Source: Phoronis australis (lineage: Eukaryota; Animalia; Phoronida). Taken from it: DNA of 64,000 bases. The translations under genes and the position numbers were made by a program. Positions 1 through 12,200 of the stretch are shown piece by piece (position 1 is the first letter of the stretch; the number at the start of each line of letters is the position of its first letter). Under the pieces are notes generated by a model. It worked only from the letters and a program-made list of their open reading frames with translations, was not told the origin of the DNA and did no database searches. Location of the stretch: contig NMRA01000041.1 in NCBI GenBank assembly GCA_002633005.1, forward strand, positions 563,294 through 627,293, in the 5' to 3' direction.

Positions 1-38
1 CCCCCCCCCCCCCTCCCCCTATACTGCACCGCCCATGT
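1..38. mobile_element. 3' end of a short CATGGGCG-terminated MITE
   Basis: Poly-C followed by TGCACCGCCCATG, matching the ends of the element at 63012-63156. Confidence 0.4.
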
Positions 39-2580
39 ACCCGAAGTTACGCGCTAGTATCAAGGAGTACACTCTTTGCTAGGCGTAGCGTACTGGTCCA
101 TTGCGGGCCGGTGTACCTTCGTTCACCGCCGACAGGTTCGCAGGACAATCGAAAGAGCCCTGTGTGACCAATGATAAATCACGAGCCTAGCTATCTGACG
201 TCATCATTCATGTGTAACATATCATGAGTCAGTGGATGTTTTGATTTTGAGATGCACCTGAAGAGACAAGGCCGAGGCATTGCCTAGGCCAGGGCCTGTT
301 ATCTAAGTTTTTACTCGGTGGATCATGTGACTTTAACGTCTCACGTCTAGAAGAGATGCACGAGAGCTTCAGACGAAATGAGTGGTAATAACGGTAAGGA
401 ATCCAACATAACACTTATTCAGCTAAGATTATGAACTTAACTGTTCAGACTCTGTGACTGTGTGTCCGTTTTCGGTTTTGGCGACTCTGCAAAGCCTGGC
501 TATGGAGTACCACCGTCTCACTCTCAGCTGGCCCAAGTAGAGACGTTGGCCATCATACAGGGTCATGTTGCTACCTTAGCCAATACATAGGTACACTAGT
601 TGAATGCACAGGCATCCTCAACTTCTGATCGTTCCCAAGTACGCTATACCTAGCCGTTCGCACGGGTAGCAGCTAGTGGGAAACGCCGAGGGAAATAGAT
701 ACTCTTGAGAGTGAACATTAATGTTCATCGCAACTGACAGGAATACTTCTTGAAAAGGCCGTGCTCAAAGCTTCAAGCAGAATTTCAGTCATTGTCAAAT
801 TTTAGTAGGCAAGGTGTGCAGCTGCGGGATTCTTCCCCGGTATGAATACTATCGTCAACATACAGCTAAGTATCTGTGTGTAGAGCTCCGTGGCGTTAGA
901 CACCGAAATTTCACTCAACCCCGGTGCTCAGCTTGTGTCCTCGTCGTGAAACTTAGTGCTAATAACCTACAGGGGTGCATGCAGAATCTGGGAATGAACC
1001 TACATTCATCTTGCCAGTTACAGCCGTTTATAGAAGTAAAAAGACAATCTAATAAACATTGTTTTTCGTAATTCTCTGCCTTTTGTAACAGTGGTGGAAA
1101 ATCTGTAGTCATTTTGAAAACAGTGCATACTTGTAACACGCGCACATATGCGCCATTTCCGAAAATTTTGCAATATCTCGAGTTTTTTTCTGAAATTGGG
1201 TTTTCTGTTAATAAAATGTTAAAAACTTGTGATGAAATGAAACCACTTACAATTGTTATGACATTTGTTTGGCCAGCAGTAGACGCAATGGTGCCCAAAG
1301 AGCGCATCTCAATTTTAACAGCAACATAACTGAAGCACGCCAATTTTCCAACACCAAGGTAATTAATTTAGGTTACTCTAGGAAGAGGAAGAATTTTTTG
1401 ATAAGGCATCATTAATTTTGGCGGCGACAGCCAAGGTCCGATGAATTATATACACGACAGAAGATGGAGGGAGTGAAATTAAGCCAACAGAGTGACATCA
1501 CCCAGGCCATTGAGCCAATGAACTGACGTCACCAAGGCCAGTACGAAACCGGTCACCCTCCCTCCGCGTCCTCTAAAAAACGGCCCACGAGAAAAATAGA
1601 ACACCTCAAACCCAAATAGGGGCCGGTGCAATACCTGGGACCAATGCGGTGCCGAAACGGGGGCAAGGAAGGTCTGTAGTGGAGCAGGGAAGACAGAGTT
1701 TGTGCAAACGATGCATTTTATGTTAATAGTAGTAGCCTAATATTGTATTGGGGACGATCAGAAGCTGAGGACGCCTGTGCTCGGATGTAGCAGTCCTGCT
1801 GTTGTGCGTGAACAGTCCCACTTTAATCCACCACAAAAGGTATAACTTCTTTATTTTATAACATAGAATCATAATGTACCATCCACGTGTTCATATAATG
1901 TTACTAATTTCCTAGTACTGCGAATAACATCAAATGAAGCAGGCATATGTACGAAATGGGTAATAATTAACATCTACCATGACCGTGGAGATAGTTAGTC
2001 AACATAATTTGAACGCATCCATAAAAATCTGTTGAGTTTCATTGGGCCTTCCCTCGCCCGTGCCATTTTTGATGAAGTTACGCAAAATCAAGTTAATTCA
2101 TGAGCAAATAGTCCTAGGGACGTAAATCTTACAACTTCCTCTGGCTATTCTCCCATGCTACTTTTTGCAAGTGTCAGCCGCCAGGTCACACACTCTGCTC
2201 AGTCTCTTGTTGTGGCTTAACTCGCATGATCTACGGTATTTATGGTTATTGTGCATGCTGAAAAAGTTAACTGCGACCAAAAATGGAAAAAAGTAAAGTG
2301 TACTTTTGACGAGGTGACCATATCAGGATTACTGGTCATTTAAATACAAGGGGATGAAGTTCTTACAGAGACCGATGGGGAGTGTTGTAACCTCTTGCCA
2401 GCTAGCGGAGGGGTACATGTTGCCTAGTGCCGATGTAGATATTGTCGCACTCACCCAGGTGACAATTAGTGTCGAATGTGACAATGTATGTCGCACTGAA
2501 ACTGATATCCCTTGCATGATCAGGCGATTTTTTCACTGAATAAATAGAAACGATATGTAGGTGACATCACACCCTAATGT

Positions 2581-3101
2581 AGCTTTTACACTGGAAACTT
2601 TTTGGCAAATTGTATATCACACTGACTCAACTGTCAAAGTCATGTTGCTATAGAAGTACATAGAAAGGCGCCTTAAGAGGCTGTTGATGTCTTTGATTCC
2701 TTCTAACTTGAACAATAATCAGCATTAAAATTTTTTTCTGAATGGTCTTTCATTCAGTAACCAAAACTGGGAGCTCAGTCATTATTGTTTTGATTGCATC
2801 CTATAAATTTTAAACCACATCGTGGTCTACCTCTAATCACTAATGCGCTGACTTGTCATCCGCCAGAGTTTTCTGATGTTTGCAATTTGGCCAACAGGGT
2901 CATACATATCATACCTGGACAAAATGACATCGTTGACAAATGGAGAGATGTATTGGAAAGAAATACCAAAGTATTTGTTGGAGTTGGAAGGAGTAAAAGA
3001 CATCGACGACCTTCTAAGGTGTCGATCAAAAAGTATTTATAGCAATACGACTTTGATAAGTTAGTGGATGTGAGGTATAATTTGCTGAAAGGGTTCTAGT
3101 G
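2581..3101. mobile_element. Degenerate inverted-repeat element (arms ~2581-2716 and ~2971-3101)
   Basis: The reverse complement of the left arm (TATTGTTCAAGTTAGAAGGAATCAAAGACATCAAC..) aligns with the right arm (TATTTGTTGGAGTTGGAAGGAGTAAAAGACATCGAC..). A third copy lies at ~50789-50930. Confidence 0.6.
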
Positions 3102-3247
3102 GCCTCTGTGATGATCGCCGCCTGTGCCAGCTGTGCTGGTGATACAAGGGATGGGGAGGGAGGGTGACCAAGAGTGACACTAATTGACAATAATGTTCTT
3201 TAGTTCTTTGTTAGACCATGTTGTGAGACCATGCGTGCCTCTTTCAG

Positions 3248-6200
3248 ATTCAACAGTGGACCGTGAGCGTCAACAGATCCTTACTCACCTGTTAGATGCT
3301 GTCAAACAAGTAAATGACATAGACTAATCGCTTGTCTTGTGCTGTCAATAACTAATCATATGTCAAGAGTTGTTCTAGAGGATTACTAAATCTATGTTAA
3401 GTACTATTATCCAAATCAACAGAATTTTATTTGCATCATGATAGGGAAAGCATGATTTTATGCATCAGTGGTTATAAAATAAGTCATGTGATGACATGTT
3501 CATTCAATTGTCTAAAATTTTGTAGTTTAACATTTAGCTTTAAAGATAATTAATATAACTTTGTAATGTTTTCCATCGGTTTGTTTTATTTATGGTTGAT
3601 CAGTTGCCTTGTGTCAAACGGAGTTTTAATTACTTCGTACAAAGTTTATGAATCCAACCTAATGCTCTCTTTGTATTGTTCCAGTGCCAGGTCAGGTTTG
3701 GTGGTCGTCATGAGCTGGCTACTGAAACCGATAGCAGGTATTTGACTTAACTTTGTCACTCTGGATTCTATCATATGGAAATTTGATTGGCAGCAGTTAT
3801 CAAAAATGGCTGGCTATAACAACGGTAGAATCAAATAGATGAAGTAAAATGATTTATGGAGAAATTTTGTTATCATGCCTATAGCCTGATTCAAGCTGAT
3901 TACTGTTAAATGACACTTGACTAGGCAGTGTCACACCTGAGGACTGTTTGTCGAAGAGGCTATTGGCTTTTATCTTTTGATAAGTTTAGATATCTGGCGG
4001 CGAATAGCCAAAAAAAATCACTTTTTGTCTCTGCTTCTGAACAGGCTACGCTTTTCTGTCTTTCGGCTTTGAGTTGTCGAGAGATTTGCTACCTTTTAAC
4101 CTTAGCCTGATTTTGTCCAATGCTAAGCCATCCGTAGACTGATTTTTAGCCTAAAGCCAAGAAACAAGAGACACTAAATAGACTCTTGGAGAAATAGATG
4201 CCTGGTCTGGCTAAAACTGATTACGGCTTGACTCATATCTTCAGTTGATATGAAATCTGCTGCCTACATTAAAAACTTTGTTTTGTTGTTGGTCCTCCAG
4301 TTATATTGTTGTGTTATTGTGGTGATATTAGAAATGTTTAACATTGCAAATTACTACTGTGGCCAAACTTGTACATTTCAATGACTCGTGTATCAACATC
4401 CTTTCAGAGTATCCTGTATCTGTGCTGTCTGGGAGTCGGCCCTTCAGCATGGCATGAAACATAACAACAAGGCACTGTCAACTTTCAAGTAAGTGCGCTA
4501 TAGTAGGGAATTTGTTCTTCTCACATTGTATGATGCGCATGATGTCAAATCACTCTTTATATGCATGCGTCTGTGATAGATAGCAACAAGGAACATCAAT
4601 ACAGTGACAGCTGCCAGTGTTATGTGCAGTGCTGCAAATTATGGTAACGCGTCTTGCCAACAGGTGTCATGCACAGTGCTGCAGTTAGATTTTCACTGTA
4701 CTTTGGGGCTATACAAAGTCTGGGAGCCCCAGCTAGACGTTCCACTAAATGTTCTTGTGTGAGTATGTATGGCTATTCTTTGACTAACACATTGACTAAC
4801 ACCTGTGACCACCAAGTCATTTGTTTTGGGGTTGGAAAATGCCTTGTTGCTTTGCGTATTTGAAATTTTAAGCAGATTGTTAGAAGAAATAGTCCAGGTT
4901 TGGCGCTATCAATATTTGACGTTCATTGCTCTACCACGGGACCATTTTCTTCAATATGTCAAGGGTTTTACTATTATGTTAGAAGGGAGCTGTGTCGTTT
5001 GCAGTTCATAATTATTGTTTTGCAGAATTTGTTAAATGACATGCAGGATGATTACTTAAAAAGTTTGATTCTGCTACAGGCAAGTGACAGAGCTTACTGG
5101 CTTGACGAAGATGAAGGGCGTGTTTGGGGAAATAAAGAATTTGGAGACAGAGCCTGGTATGATAGCAACCATTATGTCAAATATATAAAACACACAGTGA
5201 TGATATAATTTATTGTCAGTAAGAACTAACAACGCAAAAGTACTGGCTTGACCTTGACCTTGACCTTGACTTGTGTGCTTCATATTTAGTGATGCAATGT
5301 ATTGCAATGTTTAAGCTTGGAGTATATTGCTCTCTCTTTATGTTGCGCTCTGATGACGCTTTAAATTCAAACAAAAATGACTGTTTTGTATGTTTTGTAA
5401 GCACTGACATTGAAGTTCATAATTATACAGAGTACTGTTACAGATTTGTCGTTTGTTGCCAGCCTTATTTTAGTGGTCATCTGAATGACTGTGTGCCAAT
5501 AGGAGTTGAATCATTTGTTTGCGCATACGTGAAACAGTCACAAAAGAAACTCTATGTTGTTCTCTAAATTCTCAGCACATTTGCGCACTTTATTTACCTA
5601 CAAATTTTATATTTTTAGATCACTTTATTGTGATCACATCATTTACTTGTGAGGTTTTCTATCAATATGTCTGAAGGCTCTTATTTCAATGAAGATAAAT
5701 AAGGACCACGTCCTTAACTTTGGGACGTTGCGTAAAAAGGTCCCTGTTAATTTTCAGTAATGTTAAAAATTCATCATAGATTTACTGAAACTTGAAGTAT
5801 CACTGAAGTACAGTGTTTGCACAAAATCCACAAAATTGAAATTAGGCAACGTAGTTGAGTCCCTATTGGAACTGTTTCATACAACTGGACCTTGGTGTAG
5901 TATCAGCAGAGCATGAAATAATTGTGTGGTCTGTCACGTTGATTCAAGGGGTGATAGCCTACTACACAGGCAGTGCCTCAGAATATTACATAAAAATGCT
6001 GAAACGAGATGTATGATTCGAGATTAGACAGGTTGGCAGAGCCAATGTATCATTTTGTTTAGTTCAAGCTGTTACTATTGTTTGTTGTAGTATTCTGGCA
6101 CTATGTGAAAGAGTTACTCACTAAACATGAACAGGAGAGGTTCTACATGTTGAAGCACATCAATACAGATGGGGGTCGAGGACGGGCGTGGCTGAGGTCG

Positions 6201-9200
6201 GTGCTGAATGAGCACTCACTTGAGCGCTACATGCACGTGATCACAGAGAGCAGCCTGCTCAGGTATGTTATCATGTCATTAAAATAACAGGTTTCTGATC
6301 TGCACATGGAAATGATACTTGAACAAAACAACGGGCTTCAGAAAGTTGGGAATTGTTTGTTGATTTTTTTTGATAAAAGGTGTTTTTTTAAATCAATAAA
6401 TGTTATTGGTTGGCAGTGATGAGTTAGTTGTTGATAATGTCTTGTTGTTAAGGCACATTGTTTTATTGTACATTTAACTCTCTATTACAGCCAATACTAT
6501 GAAGACTGGGCATTTCTCAGGAACCAAGAACGTTCAAGCATGTTGCCCATGATGGCTGCTGGTAAAGTACCTTTCTTACGGGCACACCTAGTCTGAGTTA
6601 GGGTGTACTAGTTGTTTTTTGGTGGCCCTTATCTGAAAATGTAGACAAACACTTTTTACACTTTTGTGGTTAATCGTGTACATTTATGAAAAGTTTGTTG
6701 AATGTTTATGTTGAGAGTCTCCTGTAAGTATTTTTGCATTTAAAAATTCTCTTGGTTATCTTTTGTTGTAGTACACATTCATGACTCGATGCTATTCGAT
6801 ATGATAGTGTCACAAATAACTTTCTGCAGGTTTAAATTCCATTCTGTTCGCCATCAATATTGACAATGAGGTTTATAACAGCATACGTCCAGCTGAAGGC
6901 ATCCAACTGGGGGCACTCCTGAACTCGGCAACGTCGTCTAGCCGAACATCTAGAGATGAACCTCAGCCAGTGATTGGTGGATCTGAGGCTAGCAATGGTA
7001 CGAGTCATGTAATTTGCAATCTCTGTTAAATTTTTCTTCATTAATTTTATGTAAAAATCTTCAGTTGCGTGTTTCATTACAATACTTAGTAAGTTGTATT
7101 CATGCTGCATAATTACATGGAGAACAAGGCACATTTGAAGTCTGATCTGCACGCCACCTGTTGGCTGAAGATTTGTTGATATAGATTATCACATTTTCTC
7201 GGTCGTTATCCCCCGTAATCTAGAGCCTTGTTGGCTCTAGATAAGGGGGATAATGACTGAGAATGTGCAGTAATCTATTTATACCTCATACTGAATGAGA
7301 AACATTAAAATGAATCGATCTACCTTTCTCGACTCGCCTTGGCTTTGTAACTGTTTTCTACGTCTGAGGCCCAGGGTTGGAGGTTGTAACCTTTTAAGAA
7401 AAGCCGAGTTATTTTTATCAAAATAATGTTTTTACTCAAAAACAATTGAAAATTTAAGCAAAAAGCAATAAAGTGAATCTATGAGTAGGCCTTACTGTTG
7501 TTTGTCAGGCAGATCTGACTCACATCTGTTTACTTCCTGTAGTATTTTAAGCGTGTGTTCGAATTTGTGCGAAATTAGGGAGACTTGGGATGTTTGCCAG
7601 GTTTGCCAAACAAAATATGCCGTCACATTGGCGAGTTGTAGGTCACCAAGTCAAGCCCTGTATGTAGACTTTTAGTTTTTGACGAGAAATTCCTTGTCTG
7701 TTGATTTTTGGGCTAATGTCTAAATTCTGCTGAAAATTTGTGTGATGTGAATGCACTGGCACACTAAGATTTTCAGACGGACTTTTTAGTCAAAACCAAT
7801 GCTGCAAACCATCCAATGACTGACAGGACGCATGTCCAATGTCCCTCGAGACAGACTGCTACCAACCAGTCACTTTTCAGCTTTGATGTCATTATGGCCT
7901 AATTAATATATTACATGAAACTAATACGTAAGTATATCCTTTGCAGTGCAGGTGTGGCCTTATTTCTTTGTTTACCCTTGCTCTTGTTGGGATTTTGTGA
8001 GGTATTTATTTCTCACTTCATCATTTCCAGATAAAAAACGTGACCAAAGGAAGAAGAAGAAGAAGCTTGCTAATGTTATTTCATTTGAAGATGACGAGGC
8101 AAAGCAAGGTGTTGCCAGCTCGTCAAGTTCTCCACCACCCTCTACTGGTGCTATAGAGATATCACATGGTGCTAGAAGTAAGTTCCCATCACTGGTCACA
8201 GCCCCCTCTTCTGGTGCTGTAGAGATATCACATGGTGCTGGAAGCAAGTTCCCATCACTGCTCTCTGCTCCCTCTTGTGGTGCTATAGAGATAACACATG
8301 TTGCTAGAAGTAAGTTCCCATCACTGGTCACAGCCCCCTCTACTGGTGCTATAGAGATATCACATGGTGCTAGAAGCAAGTTCCCATCACTGGTCACTGC
8401 CCCCTCTATTGGTGCTATAGAGATATCACATGGTGCTAGAAGTAAGTTCCCATTACTGGTCACAGCCCCCTCTATTGGTGCTACAGAGATATCACATGGT
8501 GCTTGAGAGGAGTTTTCGTCACTGGTCACTGCCACCTCCACACGTGGTATAGAAATATTACATGGGGCTAGAGATGAGTTTCATCACTGGTCAGGTCACT
8601 TTCCCCCCACATGTGCTATAGAAATATCATGTCATCCTAAATGTAGGCTAGTCATTTTCAAGAATCCTATCAAGTTGATATGCATTTTTACTTGCCTACA
8701 TATATGTGGATACATTATGTTATCATTCCTGTAAATCTGGTTTCTACTGCTGTACTTCCAAAGGCTCTTTATTAATGTTTGTGAAATTTTGCATACATTC
8801 GCTTATTGTGGATGAGACGACATGAGCGAATTTTCGTATGGACCAACTACTGCTGTGTCCCTTAATAGCATTGTGTTACATTTGTCTTTGTTTCTTTGGA
8901 GTTCCTCAACAGATATTTATGCAATATAGCAGATATGTACCCATTAAGGAGTCATCGATACCTTTCTGTTTTTGATCAGTTTACTGCTTTTGAATTTGTG
9001 ACTTCAGTCTCTCTCAGCCATGCCAGTCTGAGGATCATAATGAAAATTTTGGCGTATGTGTTCCTACTGCAATTTTTTACCTGTGTCTCAATATCTACTG
9101 TTTGGTTCCTTGATGGATCTGCATGATGTTTGTGTATGAGAGTATGAGTGACGTGGATTTTGTGACAAATCTTGCAACGTTTTTCTTTGCATTTGTGGTG

Positions 9201-12200
9201 ATGTCTATCCAGTCTGTTGATGGATGTTCATGAAATCTGACAATTAAGTTACTATCATGTGGATGGCAGCACCTGTCTTGTTTCAGATGAGTCTGTCGTA
9301 CATTGCAACCCCCCCCCCCCTTTGTGGCCTTATTATTATTTTGTGTCTGTTCTTTGTCTTCCACCTTCATATCCTCCAAATTCCTTGAAGACTCTTCGCG
9401 GAAGGTGCTAGATTGTTCCTATTGAGGAGAATGCCCCTTTTAATTGGAATTCAAATTTTGTAATGACCAACCCTTGTATCTACGTCGTATGCAATGTACA
9501 GGGTGAGTGCATGGCAACATTGTGGGCTGTTCTTGTATTAGTAAAATTGTTTTGAAGTATTAGCTAATAATACCGAAGATCTCCTAGGTTATTGTTGCCA
9601 GATTTTCACCTGACAACATTGTACACGACAGAAATCTTTTAAAATGAACTTAGTCTTGTAAAGTAAAGCCATCTGAGCTAAAGGAATTTGCAAATAGTTA
9701 AGTATATTTATCTTTTGATAAGCCAAGGTTTACTGTAAACAACTATAATTTTCAGGAATTTATTTAATCACTTTTATCGTTTATATACTGAATGACTTTC
9801 AGCTAGCCCGGCTTCTCCAAAACTGGGTGCTAGTAGAAAGAATGAGCCAGCATTTATTCACCTTCATAGAGAGGAGAGTCGCGTTTCATTGGCTGGAAGT
9901 TGTGGGTCACTGGACGATGATATGGACGAGTGAGTCGACATTTGTTACAATTACTTCATAACTATGTTTTGTGTGCTCCTCTGGAACGGTGACCTTGACT
10001 CAGAACGGGATAAGTAAAATTGTTTCGTGTGTAGCATTGCCATGGTGCTCTTGATGTTGAGGTCCCGTAATAAAATAAATTGTTGTGCTTTCAGTCAACG
10101 TGTGGGTCATGTTGTGATCATAAATGTCAGACTGACCAGTAAACAACTGAGAGCTATCATTGGATCTGTTGTTAACAAGCGATGCTATAATATTTGAGCT
10201 TCAGTAATTGTTAGAACCTGTAAACCCTGGTTTTAACATCATGTTACAGAATGGTGCTAACAGACAAGCCTCCCTGTGATTTAACTCCCCTGTCAGCTGG
10301 TCCGTCTGTGTGTCTCCCAGATGATGTGCAGTCAGGTGGGTGGACAACTGCATAATTTATTAAATATTCCATTTCCTCACTGTTCACCTTTCACCGTGTA
10401 CATCTCTCCAAAATCTCCAAAATTATTTTATAGTTAATGCACATCCTTAGGATATTCCTGCTTAGGGCTGAACCCCGGGACACTTCGAATTGTACTCTTA
10501 CGTTATTAGTATTTTGTTCCTGTTTTTATGTGTCTATGTTTGTAGGGACGTGACAAAGTCTTATCTCAATGCTGATTGGCTTTTCCCAGATGTTGCGTAA
10601 TGGCGATTATCGATTAGACAGCCATTGTTTCACGGTGGCTATAGTATTTCCACTCTCTCTCCTCCAGAAACCAAGAAAACAGGGAACCACATTATTGATG
10701 ACGTAGACAGTAAATTCTTCTAATCATACGTCATTTTCTTTGTTGTGTTTTCATTCTTGTTAAAGCATGTGACTGGTGAGAAGTTGGGGAATTTTTTCGC
10801 TCCTGTTTGACAGCTTGCATTTTGAAAGGTAAGCTATTGATTCTTATGAAATGTAATATGTTTTCTTTTTTANAAGTATTAGCCAATAATACCGAAGGTC
10901 TCCTAGGTTATTGTTGCCAGATTTTCAACTGACAACATTGTACACGACAGAAATCTTTTAAAATGAACTTCGTCTTGTAAAGTAAAGCCATCTGAGCTAA
11001 AGGAATTTGAAAATAGTTAAGTATATTTATCTTTTGATAAGCCAAGGTTCACTGTAAACAACTGTATAATTTTCAGGAATTTATTTAATCACTTTTATTG
11101 TTTATATACTGAATGACTTTCAGCGAGCCCGGCTTCTCCAAAACTGGGTGCTAGTAGAAAGAATGAGCCAGCATTTATTCACCTTCATAGAGAGGAGAGT
11201 CGCGTTTCATTGGCTGGAAGTTGTGGCTCACTGGACGATGATATGGACGAGTGAGTCGACATTTGTTACAATTACTTCATAACCATGTTTTGTGTGCTCC
11301 TCTGGAACGGTGACGTTGACTCAGAACGGGATAAGTAAAACTGTTTCGTGTATAGCATTGCCATGGTGCTCTTGATGTTGAGGTCCCGTAATGAAATAAA
11401 TTGTTGTGCTTTCAGTCAACGTGTGGGTCATTTTGTGATCATAAATGTCTGACTGACCTGCTTGCAGTAAGCAAGTGAGAGCTACCATTGGATCTGTTGT
11501 TAACAAGCGATGCTATAATAATGTTTGAGCTTCAGTAATTGTTAGAACCTCAAGCTTGATTGTAAACCCCGGTTTTAACATGTTACAGAATGGTGCTAAC
11601 AGACAAGCCTCCCTGTGATTTAACTCCCCTGTCAGCTGGTCCGTCTGTGTGTCTCCCAGATGATGTGCAGTCAGGTGGGTGGACAACTGCATATTAAATA
11701 TTCCATTTCCTCACTGTTTACCTTTCAGCGTGTACATCTTTCCAAAATTATTTAATAATTAATGCACATCTTCAGGATCTTCAGGATATTCCTTGAGGAG
11801 GCAGTGTGGCCTGGTTGATAAGTGCCCGCTTTCTTTACTCCAGGTCGTGGGTTCAAGTCCCACCAGGTCACACTGCTAAACCCTTCAGCCAGGTTTCTAG
11901 CTCCTCAGCTCGGTTTTAACCATATATTAATAAAGCATAAAAATATTTCCAGGTGATCAGTGCAATGGGCCCACATGCGAGGCCAGCGCACGTCTGACAC
12001 AACTTGTATCAGACCGCCTGCAATTATTTTTTTTTATATTCAGGATATTCCCGTTTAGGGCTGAACCCCAGGACAGTTCGAATTGTACTCTTACGTTATT
12101 AGTATTTTGTTCCTGTTTTTATGTGTCTACGTTTGCATTTATTTTTATTTTTATAAATATATTTTTTCGGATCATAATGCAGATAAATCTGTGACTTTTT

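Noticed and set aside
1950-2300. Candidate SNX29 start micro-exons (ATGG|GTAATA ~1956; ATGGAAAAAA|GTAAAG ~2283)
   Set aside because: Both are phase-compatible but cannot be distinguished without transcripts.
3955-4186. AGAGGCTATT..AATAGACTCT possible MITE
   Set aside because: Inverted match too short to support.
5246-5271. (CCTTGA)n microsatellite, and the CA/CG repeat at 31696-31739
   Set aside because: Ordinary simple repeats.
7972-8541. 189-aa minus-strand ORF
   Set aside because: Antisense reading of the 66-bp repeat and the SNX29 exon; openness is explained by the repeat.
11793-11880. Functional tRNA gene
   Set aside because: It is the head of a TSD-flanked SINE and has no convincing cloverleaf.
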